Positions 14,101-27,900 of a DNA stretch of 64,000 nt are shown piece by piece; position 1 is the first letter of the stretch; every line of letters starts with the position of its first letter. This DNA comes from Lama glama (lineage: Eukaryota). The position numbers and the translations under genes were made by a program. Under the pieces are notes generated by a model, which made no database searches, was not told where the DNA came from, and worked only from the letters and a program-made list of their open reading frames with translations. The DNA lies in the NCBI GenBank assembly GCA_028534125.1, contig CM052817.1:71054001-71118000 (forward strand). The letters run 5' to 3'.

Positions 14101-15953
14101 ATCCTTCATTGATCAACGTAGATGGAAATGCAATTTGTGCTACAGAATTAACGATGGTAAGTTTCAGATTCTTAAAAAAGTGTGTATAATATTATTTAAA
14201 ACATTTTGACATTTTTTGCCATTATCCTCATTGCTTTAAAAACTTTCATGTCACTTTTAATGGAAAGAATACAGTCTAGGGACGCTTCATGTTATCTGGC
14301 CAGGGGTATAACTGATAATGAGGAGAGTGACGGGGAGGGCAAAGTAAAAGGAATTCATAAAATTGGCAGCGAAGGTCATGCAGACTAAGTATGCTTAGTC
14401 TGCATGCAAGTTGAGATTGTCTTCTGTTTGTACCTTTGGTCCCTTCAGCTCAGTGTAGATCTTTGCCAGTGCATGTAGACACAAGTGTGCGTGTGTATCC
14501 GTTTGTCCTCTTCAGTCATTTCTTAGGTCCTCTTGGTATAATTGCTTTCAAATTTGTGCTTGTCTGATTTCTTTTCCATGTCATGGGGTATAGTAAGTGG
14601 GACACAAGCCTAAGAAGCAGAGTTACCTGGGTCCAAGTTTTCTCACCTGATTTCAGAAAATAAATTTTTTTTATCCTTCTGATTTATTTTTTTCAAGCGG
14701 GTGTAAGAGGTTGGTTTTTATCATTAGGTGTTCACAGAACTGTTGTAAACCTCATAAATACTGATGATAGAGGTGTTTGTTTCTAGGCATATAGATGTTT
14801 TTAGTTACAAATTGTGTTACTAAATTTACACTGGATTCCTAATCTTACCTAGTTCCTGAAGAGTTTATGTATAACCCCATCACCCGGTCTTATGGAGAGC
14901 CTCATAAACGGCCAGAAGTTCAGAATTCAACAGTGGAGTTCATTGCCTCTTCAGATTACATGGTAACTATTCGGTGTTGAAATTAGTTGTGGGACACAAT
15001 TGTACTGGTCATTTATAGTTTGCTGTTAAGTGAATTCTTGTCTAAATTTTAAAATTGTGGTACGAATTTTTTGAAATAATGCTGGAAGTTTATACTGAAC
15101 AAATAGAAAATTCTTTGTAAAGATTATAGCTCTCCTGGAAGAATGCAATTATATCACTAAGAAACATTGGTAACGTTTCATGAAGGGCACCAACATCTGC
15201 AGTTTGTTGCCAATTTGATTTGATTACTTGTGTGGATAAATATAAATAATCTAATTATCATTTAGTATTTAATATTTAAGATCCTCAAACAGAGAAACTC
15301 ATGTTTTTGCCAAAAAACACATCTGCACTTTTCAAACTCTTAAAGATAACACCATTTTACTGGTACACCCAGTGCAGATGTGAAGATAAATGGATGTTTG
15401 CTTCACTCTGATTCTGCTCTTCCCAGTTAATCATAAAATTTCCCCTGTTCTTTAATTACACTGATTCTTCAGATCTCATTCTTCTTTTCCACTTACAAAA
15501 ACAAATTCTTGGCCTTAGTTCTGCTCATCATCTTTTTGTTTCTGCTCATTTCAAGTATCTTTATAATAACTTGCATTTCTTCTGTATCTTCATTTCTAAT
15601 CTTTGTTGTCCGTATAAATGTAAAGTGTTGCTAGTGGGAAAATGTGAACAGGGACAACTAATATGTATGAAATTCCTGGTGCTTGGCCCATTTCTTAACT
15701 TAATCTTATGATTTTTATGGTCCTTTGTGTCCAATTTAGCATCTGCCCACTGAACTACTATTTTCTTGTCTGTTTCCGTATTAACTGTAGTAAACTTTCT
15801 CTTGGTCACTTTTACTCTCAACTTCTTGCTTTCTGTACATTTTATTATGTTGCCAGCTCTGCCCTGGCTCCTTAGGAATCTTTATCTAATTGAAGTGGTG
15901 AAGCAAGAAGTAATCTTTAACTTTTACCATTTTTCATTGGCATATTTTTTAAA

Positions 15954-15988
<35 letters not shown>

Positions 15989-18900
15989 TCCTTTTGTAAC
16001 TTTCATAATAGTAATTATCAAGTATGCTTGAAAGAAGAGAAAATAGTTTAATGACCATCATTAACCCATCACCAGGCTTCAATAATTATCAACATTTTGC
16101 TAAATGTATTTCATGTGTCCCCAGTCTACCCCAGTCGCCCCATCCCTCCCCAGCTCTGGAGTTTATTAAATACTAACCCAGCACCATAGCATTTAGCCCA
16201 TAAATGCTTTATTATATAAACATATTAAATATATATATACTTCTTATGTGTCTCTAGCAGATAGGATTTCATGTACTTAGAGTGCCATCACAGGGACTTT
16301 GTTTGCTCATGGCACTTAACCCTTGGGATTTAGCTGCTACCAGGTGACTCAATAGTCCTAATGGTTGTCAGGTGGAGAAAAACATGTTTTAAGAGTAGGG
16401 AAGGGATACAGAGGTTAGTATTAAATAATAAACTTAACACTCTATCAGGAAGAAATTTAGCCTATTTATTTAACCGTTATATGCAATCACTGCCTAATAA
16501 TGCTTAATCCAGAATCGTATCTAGTAGAAATTGTGATATAAAGAGAATAAATTGTACTTACTGAATAAATTGCATTATTTCTATTCCTTTCAGCTTCGTC
16601 CTCCTCAACCCGCAGTTTACTTGTTTGTTTTAGATGTGTCTCATAATGCAGTGGAGGCTGGATATTTGACAGTTTTGTGCCAGTCACTGTTAGAAAATCT
16701 AGACAAGTAAGAGGTTTTTTTTTTTTTTACTCATAATGTGTGTGTGTGTGTATGTGTGTATGATTGTATATACATAAATGTATTTAAATGTGAAGTGTTT
16801 ATTAGCAATTTATGGCGCTGGTTTTAATTGATTTAATTTATCATGTAAAGAATACTTCCTGTCTACCTTAGAATAAAGCTCCTTCTACTTAGATTATTAT
16901 GATTTATGATTTGGTATCTGAATCTTAAAGTCATAAAAGTTTTAATACTTAGTAAGGAATTTAGGTCTCATCTAGCCATCCCTCTGACTTAGCAGCTCTG
17001 AGCACAGGGGCCCAGAAATTTTGAGTTGGCCAGGATAGCAAGGATCTGGATAGAGAGAGGAATCCAGCTGTAAATCATGCCTGTGCAAGGAGATTTTTAT
17101 AAGAGAGTTTTTAATAAGCTAATGATATAATGAGACAGAAAAAGGGAAAGAGGGAATTGATTTTGTGCTGAATATTTCAGGAAGCCAGGAACTGAACTGG
17201 CACGTTAGTAATGAGCTTTATTTTGAAAGTGGAAACAGAGTATAGGATAGGTTGCTTATACCCGACTCTAATTCCTGCCTTGTGTCTACCAGTATTAGTC
17301 ATAAAGGAGACGCTTAACCGTGTTAAAAGATAAATCTTCCAAATCTCTGGAAAACGAAGTTGTTTTTGTACATTTCTTTTTCTTCTCCAACACCCGTAAG
17401 AAGTGTAACTTAAGATTGTCAGTAAGAACCGCTGCTGCGGTGGTTCTTGCCATGTGCAGCAGTGTGGGGGTGGTCACGTGTGAATATTTTGTCTGAAGTA
17501 CTCTTAGTGATTCCAAAAGGTTCTTGGCCCTCATCTTCCATTCGAGTTTGAGGGTTCTTGCTCTACTGAGTGCTAGCTCTAGTCACCATAACCTCCACAT
17601 CACTGGGTTTGGCCTGTGAATAAACCAGTAACATCGAGACATTCAAGATTAAAAACTTCCAAGGATATTCAGTGGTCTGCTTTTTGTTTCTGTTAGTAAC
17701 CTTAATTTTCCTTGATTAAAGCATTTGTCCTTTTTTTAGTCACAGTTACTTAATTCAGGTATACCTATAGCAGTGAGTGGGAATGGGAGACCCCCTGCAA
17801 AGAAATAGTTTTTAAAACTGAAGAGTTAACTTGCTGGAAAAGTATGAGGATATAGCCCTAGAAATAGGAGCCAGTCCAACAAAGATGAGTGACTATTTGT
17901 GAATTAAATAGACTATGCAAAACCAAAAGGATAAAATTGGGAATGGAAAATAGAAAAAAAATATATATATATATAAAATATTACAGTGGAAAATAAAAGT
18001 ATTGGGAAAGTGAAAAAAAAAAAAGGAAACCATGATAGGATAGCAGCAAGGTAGTATGATAGTTTTGGAAAGGGCTGTGGCTGCGGCTTTGAGAAAAAGG
18101 AATTTGCTGCCTCCAATCTGATTGGTAACAAATAGCCCTAATACTCAGTGACCTTAGAAATCTCAAAGAAGTGAAGAAATTAGTCTATGTAAACAACATA
18201 AATCTTGACCAGTGTTGTAAACTAAATACCCACATGGCTTGTTGTATTCTGTTCTCTGACAGGCTTTTTGACCGAGCTTGCAGACTATATCTGAGTAGGC
18301 TGACTGACCACTCATAATAGTAATAATGCTTTTTGCTTTTGATGCACACTATTTTGGCATCCTGTAACATTCAAAAATATTTTAAAGACATTGCTAAAAC
18401 AACAAGTTACATAATAACAGTTAACATACTTGGTGGTACTTAGAAATATACTTTGGCAACATAAAGCATCTATCTTATTAATGAAGAAACTTGACAGGCT
18501 TTTAAATGGTAATTTATTCTTCTTTGCTGTATCCTCTTTTTTTTTTTTTGTATCATTGGCTTTTGAATATTGAATTCTAACAGGAAATTTTAAACGATTG
18601 ATGATAGATGAAATGTCTCTATGTTCCTAAATGTGGTTTTTATTTAAAATTTTACATGTTAAAATCTGATTTGCATTAGTTCTCCTTAAAATGCTTAAAC
18701 AAGATACATTATTTTTATAATATTACTGAAAATATGAGTACTTTTTCACTTAACAGGATGTGTTTCACAGGAAAGTTAGCAAGAAATCTTTGATTTTAAT
18801 CATATCAGTTTTAGTACTGATTTATTATTTGAATATAGTTCAGTTTTCTGAAGCATGAACTCTATTAAACATGTCAGTGGTTTCATCTGAAAATGGAAAG

Positions 18901-21900
18901 TTTCATGTTTGCTGTCCGCTGATATACATTGGTATAGATAGAGATAACTTTTCTATTTTCTTTAAAAAGCATATGTGGTTATTCTTAGACTTAGTTTACT
19001 ATCCTTTGTTTTTAATAAAATTTGTTTACTTAGCCCTTTGAATTTTAAATTGTCATTTGTATCTTTAGGCTTCCTGGTGATTCACGAACACGAATAGGAT
19101 TCATGACCTTTGATAGCACTATTCATTTCTACAACTTACAAGAAGGATTATCGCAGCCTCAAATGTTGATTGTGTCTGATATAGATGGTAAGCAGTGAAT
19201 AAAATAACAGTCTTTTTCACTATAGAAGTTTGGGATTCAGGCTACTGTATTTTACAATACCTCATGTCATAATGCTGTAAGGATAATTTGGCACACTTTG
19301 GTATTTGATTTAAAATCATTGTTTTCCTGGAAAATACGTGATTATAGGTTCTTTACACCTGTGTGTGTATACCTACACATGCTCAAGCACACACACATGT
19401 GTAATACAGAGTGTATGTAGTTAATAAAGCACTATCACTGTACCCATTATATGTATGGCCTTTAAAAAACTAAGATTTTTAAATGTGAGATTCTTTTGAC
19501 CTGATTTATCTTTTGGTTAAAATACATGTTTTCCCTACAGATGTTTTTCTGCCCACACCAGATAGCTTGCTTGTGAATCTACATGAAAGTAAAGAGGTGA
19601 GAATGATTTTTTTTCCTTAGAGTATTAAAATATTTCTGTTACTTCAACTGATAACTAAAATGCTGAACATCTGTTATACATGGAATATATCAACATTGCA
19701 GTAAACAATGTAGGTAGCACATCTGTTGACTACTCAGTTTACCATCCCCTAAAATGTAGTGGCACATACTATACTCTGGGATGTTTTAAAGAAGAATATT
19801 GACTTGCTTTCCCAGTAATTCAACTTTTAATCCTTGTTTCTCCAGCTTATAAAAGACTTACTGAATGCATTACCAAATATGTTCACCAACACAAGAGAGA
19901 CACACAGCGCCCTGGGTCCTGCACTTCAGGCTGCCTTTAAATTAATGTCTCCAACAGGCGGCCGCGTGTCTGTGTTTCAGACACAGTTGCCTTCCCTGGG
20001 GGCAGGCCTTCTGCAGTCCAGAGAGGACCCTAATCAGAGATCCAGCACAAAGGTATTTTACGTTGGTTTCTCTGTCATGCTCAGGATCGTGTCTCTGCCT
20101 CTAAGACTGTGTCTGTTCTGTTTTTCCACTTCATTGATAGTAAGGAAAAAAACTGGTGAGACAGTTTAACTCAAATTAATCTTTCTTTGTTATTGTGTTG
20201 CCTTGTGTTCTTTTTCTAACTTTGTTTACAAGCTATAGAAATTTATACATTATCTACTCCAACCCTTTTATTTTACAGATGAGGAAACAGATTAAACAGT
20301 CTTGCCAAAGGTTAAGTAACTGTTTAATGGTAAAGATGTGACTTGAATTTCTGGCTCTAGTGCTCTTTTCTGTTTCACAAGTGATAATACTCACGATCTG
20401 AGGTTATAATTTAACATGCACATACTAATACATTTTTTCATTATGAAGGTGATACAAATCACTATATAAAACTTGGAAAATGGAAACTAACATAAATGAT
20501 CAATTTTCTCACTGTTAAGATAATAGCATTTAGTTACACAAATACATACAAATAAGCATAATTGGGCCTTACATGTGTATACCATGTTTATTAATTGACA
20601 TTTTTCACTGGAGTATATAGTGAACATTTTCTGAGGTCCCTAAAAATTCTCTTTAAAAATATTTTTTAGTAAACGTGAAAATTTGATTTAATTAATTGCC
20701 TCCTAGTGTTGAATAGTTGTTGCCAGTGTTTTCATTATTTAAAAAAAGAAAATGAGACTGAATATTACTTGAGTTTTACGTGGAGATTTGGTCAGGGTAT
20801 TATAATCCCTTATTTCAAATAATAATTGTACTAGAACAATCATTTTTGTTCTGTACGTAAGTTTTGTCTGACTTCAACTTACAGATAAGAAAATACCATT
20901 GCAAATAGTTACGAGTGTGAATTAAACATTTTTAATAATGTCAGTTATGAGTATGAATTAACAGTTTTAATAGTGTCATAAAATTTTTAGCCACATATTC
21001 AGTTTTTCCTTAAGATAAATTCCTAGAAGTGGATTATTGGGTTAGGGAGTGTAAACTGTATCTACACTTTTATTGTGCTTTATTTATTGGGGTTGTTACC
21101 GTCCTGTACTCTTAAGGACTCTCATCTTCTAGCCACCATTAAGTATTGTTGCTTTTTTATTCTTCACCACATTGCTAGAGAAGAGCAGCACCATATTTTA
21201 CTTCTTATAGACATTGTGTTTTTAAATTGCTTTTGAGAAAGGAGCTAATTTAAAAATAAATTGGAGAAAGTATATTTTAATTCATCAACAAGTACAGCTA
21301 GCATTCAGTTCACTGACCCATTGAAATCCACTGAGAATACTGAGGTGTTTTGAGCACAGGAAAGTGTTTACTGATTTTTCAATACAGTTTTGTGGGTTTT
21401 GTCCCCTCATTTAACTTCCAGAAATACTCTCTTTCTGCCTGGCACTCAACAGCTTAAGTATCTGTTCTGTATTACATATTCCTCTATATTTGAGGAAACT
21501 CTAATACGATAATCACGCACTGTAATTAAGATTGAAACATATTGTTGTATAGTGTAGTAATTAAGAACTTGGAGCCTGGCTCTTGCATTCTTAACTCTTC
21601 TCTAGTGCCATCTCCTCAGCTCAAGTGTCCTCACACCAACAGGAAAAGCCTTCCTTAATCTGTTAATCTCTGGTGTTTTTGCTTAGCAGTATACATATAA
21701 TAATGGCTAACAGCAGTCACGCTGGAGCCAGACTTCCTGACTTTATGTTACAGCATCTGCCACTCAACAACTGTGGAATTGATCAAGTTACTTTATCATT
21801 TTTTTGTCTGTTTCCTCATCTGTAAAATGTGGATAACTCTATGAGATACATATTATTATGATGATTAAATAATTTAATTTATATGAAACATCTGTGCTGG

Positions 21901-24900
21901 CACATAAGTGCTTTCTTTATAGATGTTAGCAATTATTATTCCCAGGGTTTCTAGCTCTTACTTTATGACCTGTTGACTTAGGTTGTACAGCATCTTGGCC
22001 CTGCAACTGATTTTTATAAGAAACTCGCCTTAGATTGCTCAGGGCAGCAGACTGCAGTGGACCTGTTCCTTTTAAGTTCACAGTATTCTGATCTTGCTTC
22101 TCTAGGTAAGGAGATACTACTGTATTTATCTGTTTACATAAATATTTCTAGCATATAGTTAAATCTAAACTTTTAAGTTCTCAATAGTTCCAGGGGAGAG
22201 ATACGTGAATTAGATAATGCCTATGACAATTACTGGTAAACTTCAAAGCACTATACAAATATAAAATGCTATGTTTTTGAAATATAGTTCCCTTATCACT
22301 CTGCTTAACAGTAAACCTTACCATATGTTACATTTTACAGATGTTTGTGTTTCTCAGAGTTATATATTATCCTCATTTTTTTTAACAGCTTAGGTTTTTT
22401 TTCATTATAACAGGTTTCTTTGTAATATAGAATCTGCACTTTGTAATATAGAATCTGGGCAAGTAGGATATTATTGTTTCTGCAGCTAAGTCTTTTTATA
22501 TTTCTCTCTAAAGCTTGCATTTCCAGGTATTCTGCAGGCTGCATCTATTATTATCCGTCTTTCCACTATATGCACAATCCTTCACAAGCAGAGAAGTTAC
22601 AAAAAGACCTAAAACGGTATCTCACAAGAAAAATTGGGTTTGAAGCTGTTATGAGAATAAGGTGTACTAAAGGTATGAAATAATACAAATTATGCTTTGT
22701 ACCATATACTTTTGTCAAAATTAATAAACATTCATATATTGACTATGACTACATATAATAATTATAAAGGATTTTCTGCTTGATTCAGTTAGCCGTATCC
22801 TGTTCTAAATATATATATATATATAGTTATTGAATAGCCATTGCCCAATTTTTTAAGTAATTTGAGTAAGTGGGCAAAGGTAATGTTTTGCTTTATTAGG
22901 AAGAATCTAAGAGAGCCCATATTGGAGGTGATTTCAGAAGAATTTGAGGAATAGGGACAATCTTAAGTGAAAATTGTCAAATTAATAGTCTGCCTTCCTA
23001 ATCATCTCAGATGGTCTTCAGTTTTGTATTGTCTTCATTTTATGTGAATGTTGGAAGGATTCTCATCCTTTATTTTAATTCTTAAGTAAGTTGTACAGTA
23101 AGCTTCATTGGTTTAATTTTATATGTTAGGTCTTTGACTTTAGATCACAAAGGAGGAAATATTATAAGATTAGTTGTCAATACAAGTTAAATGTTTAGTC
23201 TCCCTTTGCATAACCTGCACTGGGCTTTTTTTTGAATTGGTATTTTAGAACCTCCACTGACACTCCAGTACTACTCCCTAGTTATCCTTTTGATTCAAAA
23301 TCAGAGATGTTTTTTATTTTAAAAAGTAGCTTTAGCCTAAGATACTGCTCTTACTTCATCTTTTATGACAAGTTTCCTCTTACCTAGGTCTTTCAATGCA
23401 TACTTTTCATGGAAACTTCTTCGTCCGTTCCACTGATCTGTTATCCCTTGCCAACATCAATCCTGATGCTGGGTTTGCAGTACAGCTGTCAATTGAAGAA
23501 AGTTTGACAGATACTTCCTTGGTGTGCTTTCAGACAGCCCTACTGTATACATCAAGCAAAGGTAAGGTTAACAGAAATGAAATATAACCTGTGGCAGTGA
23601 TTCTCTCCTCCTTTCACAGGCTGGGAGAATGGGGAGAATGAATGAACACACGATGGGAGGTAATGGAATCTGTATTAGTTAATTGAATATAAGTTCCAGT
23701 CTTTTTTTTTTTTTTCAACTAATTTTTGAATCTTTAAATAATACCTTTTCTGACTTGTGGAAGACTTGTATTCCCAGGATCACACTACCATAATGTCTCA
23801 TACCGAATCCACCTGTGTCATCCTGAGCATTATTTCTTTCCCCGTAACATGAATTCTGCATGGCGCTTGAAGCCTACATTTGTTATTTCATAGTCTTAAG
23901 TTTTCTGACATTTTACTATGTTGCATGTAATTTAGAATGAGTGATAATAAAATAAAAACCAAAATCTAATGTTCAGCTGTATACAAAATACAGTATATGT
24001 TCATATTCTGTGTTCAGATTTAGAAGGTATTTAATTTTCTTTAAGACATGTTCATTGTAAAACTTTGCATTTCAGAATCCTGTTGGTGATTTAATCTAAT
24101 CAAAACAATAACTTGAGTAATACTTTGATCTGTTTGATTTATTTCTGTGTTGGTCTGATGTATTTTGCAATGACATGGACTTATCCTTTCATTAGGTGAG
24201 CGGAGAATTAGAGTGCATACACTTTGCTTGCCAGTGGTAAGTTCACTAGCAGACGTATATGCAGGAGTGGATGTACAAGCTGCCATCTGCCTTCTGGCAA
24301 ACATGGGTGAGTAAAAAAGTGAAGGAGTAGGTGAAATATATTTTTCTGTCCTCAAAACAGAGGCCTGGGCATTTTTTTTTACCCTAGGAATCCTTTGTTT
24401 ATAAAGTACATATCTGGGGGAGGATACAGCTCAAGTGGTAGAACGTATGCTTGGCGTGCACAGGGTCCTGGATTCAATCCCCAGTACCTCCTCTAAAAAT
24501 AAACCTAATTACCTCCTTCCCCCACACAAAAAAATTAAAATAAACAAAAATGTTTTTTAAAAAGGTATGTATGGTTTACATTTTCATTTGCAGCAGTGTG
24601 AATTGGACTGTTCTTTTATTTCTCACTAATTCTTTAATTTAAAAATCTTTTGTGGGATTCATAATCGCTAATAACTAGTAACAACTCACATGTCCTTCAA
24701 CTAGTCAATGCATGGACAAACTATGGTACATCCATGCGATGGAATACAACTTGGCGATGAATGAACTGTTAGTATGCGAATGGACATGGATGACTCAAAG
24801 GCATTATACTAAGTGCCAGAAGCTAGACTCAAAGAGGCTACATACATGTGGTTCCATTTATATTACATTCTGGAAAAGTGAAAATTATAGGGATGAAGAA

Positions 24901-27900
24901 TAGATCAGTGATTATCAGGGTTGGGGGCAGAGAGACGGTTTTACCACAAAGGGGCAGCACCAGGGAATACCTTTGGGGTGATGGAACTGTTGTATATCTT
25001 GAGTGTGGCAGTGATTACATGGCTGTGCTTTTGATGTATAACCACCATGGAACTATATTCAAAAAAGTAAATTTTACTGTATGTGAGTTTAAAAACAATT
25101 TGTTAGGGAATTAATATAACACTGAGTGTTTTGTTTTTAACAAATCTACCTTTTAGATAAATGTATATGTAAAATGAACCATGTTATTTTCCGTGTAATC
25201 CTGGAGAAAAATAATCATTATTACTCATTTTAGGAAAAAGGATGATAGTATTTTTACTAAAGGATTCCAATATTTTAACTATCACTTTGTGTCTGTATTT
25301 CAAATTAATTATAGCTAACCATAATTATTTTTCAATATAATTTTATTTTTAATACTTGGGCATATATGTAGGTCATTTTTATTTTAATAGGTCTTATTTC
25401 AGAGACAAAAAAATGAAGGCTCAGAGAGGTCAATCAGTTTGCCTAGACTTGCACAGCTAGTAAATCCAAGAGCCCAGGCTGGACCTCTAGTCCATCCAAC
25501 TCCCAAATCTTATGTACATAGAGGAAAATAAGTTCCACACTGATAGCTGGCTCTTCAGTGTCTGTATGAGAACCTGTGTTTAGTTTGCCCTCTTTTTTTG
25601 TTGACCTAGGAAGGCTTTGACAAAGGACATATTAGAGAGTAATAAGGGATATTTCACTTCACAGAACTTACATTGTTTACGCAGAAAAGAGTGATACTTA
25701 ATCATGTGACTTCTGTTTGCGTAATATCCCCAAGAGCTTTCTCAGAAGTAGATGGATGATACACATTCTCTAATATCAATAGTGGTTACGTGTTTTCAAA
25801 TTTAAAAAAGATTAAAACGAAAAGGTCCAAAGCAATCTAGATTTGTTTTGATTGTCAGGTTTATTCAGATTTAGTTCCAAAAAATTGTGTAATGAGGGAG
25901 CAAGTAAAATGTATTTTTCTAACCTAAAAATGAAATTTTTATTAGTTTCTTAAATAATGCATGTAAATTTTATGTTGTAGTATTCATTGGCACCTGTTGG
26001 TTAAATACCTTTCCATTTTGTTTGCTTTATAGCTGTGGATCGATCTATTTCATCAAGCCTATCAGATGCAAGAGATGCCCTAGTGAACGCTGTGGTGGAT
26101 TCATTATCGGCATATGGCTCAACTGTCTCAAACTTACAGCACTCTGCATTGATAGCACCCAGCTCCCTCAAGTTGTTTCCTCTCTATGTACTGGCCCTTC
26201 TCAAACAGGTAGTTCTCTATACACTGTTAACTTTAATAAAGTCTTTTGAAATTCTCGATACGTAGGTGAAGAAATGAAATCTCAGTTTTCTGTGGGTTTT
26301 TAAATATTTAATTGATGGTTATACAGCTTAGCATTGGAAGACTTTGAAGAACAGGAAACGATCAGTGGAAAATGAAGGTGTATACAGATGACTCTCATGA
26401 AACCATACACTCTCACTCTAACACGTGGGAGCAGCTTAAATAATGGTGTACATACATATGATGACAATATAACTTTGAGAAGCTAATTGACTTGCTCACG
26501 TACCTACCTATTAAATGTTGGGGCTGAGATTTGAACCCAGGTCTCTCTGATGTGAATATTTGTTCACTATATTTGTGTTTTACTGAGTGATGTGTATCGT
26601 TTTTCCATGTAGAAAGCCTTTAGAACTGGTACAAGCACACGCCTGGATGACCGTGTATATGCCATGTGTCAGATAAAGTGTCAGCCGCTTGTTCATCTAA
26701 TGAAAATGATTCACCCCAACTTATACAGGATAGACAGATTGACAGATGAGGTATGGTTTCTTTTAGTGTGTTTGAAATTTTTTAATTTAAATATATTTGA
26801 GTGTCTTGATTCTACAGCAAAGATGATGTATGAGTAACAGTTTCTTCTGTTTTTCCCCTGTAGTACTAATACATTAAATAAGAACACTAGCCATCGATTT
26901 GGTTGGACAATAGGACTATCAGATACAATTATGATTATGGAGTTTTCAAAAATAGTTTCATACAAAGCAAGTCACCTTGTAGGTTTGGTTACAATACTTA
27001 TTACAAAGCTAAGTTGTAGAGTGAGCACGTCCACTTAAATTTTGGAGATACTTACTGTTTCTGATATGATCAGAGCACAACTTTGATTATACTGTTATAA
27101 ACCAAATCTGGTATCCAACAGTATTTTTAAAATAGAATTATGTAGTCTCTTTTTCTTCATTGTGTTAAAACTCTACTCTTTGGAATCTTCTGTGTGTTTT
27201 GTTAACTGAGAAATATAAAAAAACTTAAGTCTTGCTTTGCATCAGACTTAGTAGTCATACTTCTAACATATCCTGATCCCAGCACGGGAGGAAATGGCCA
27301 GATTATTTTACATATTCATGTTTTTATCTTTTAAATTTGAATATACTTGAGTGTCTTTTAATTTAAATACATTTAAGTGTCTTGATTCTACAGCCAAGGT
27401 GGAAATATGTTACCAATATAGTGACCCTTGATAGTCAGGCTTCCATATCCTCCTTCCTGTACACACAGATTCAACCAGCTGCAGATCATGTAGTACTGTA
27501 GTATTTCTTGAAAAAAGCTGCATATATGTGGACTCATGTAGTTCAAATCCATGTTGTTCAAAGGTCATCTGTAATTTTTTGCATCCTCCCAAATTCTCAA
27601 ATGTCATTTCATAAAGAGCTAGTGGCCATTAACTTCCAAACTGTGATAATAGTAACGTAAGCTCATTGACATTCCATCTTTTTCTTTTCAGGGTGCGATA
27701 CATGTTAATGACAGAGTTGTGCCTCAGCCACCTCTTCAAAAATTGTCTGCAGAGAAACTGACGAGAGAAGGTGCTTTCCTCATGGACTGTGGCTCTGTAA
27801 GCACCGTCTGATGACAAAGCTTAACATTTTGGCTGGTAAAAGAAGAAACACTTACAGGGTCCAGCTCTATTATCACAGATCAGGCAGTGAAACATGGATT

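Noticed and set aside
19834..20169. ORF-track starts and ends around SEC24B exons (also 1087, 3857, 9958, 22474, 26035)
   Set aside because: They are exon frames running into introns; the true boundaries are the splice sites listed.
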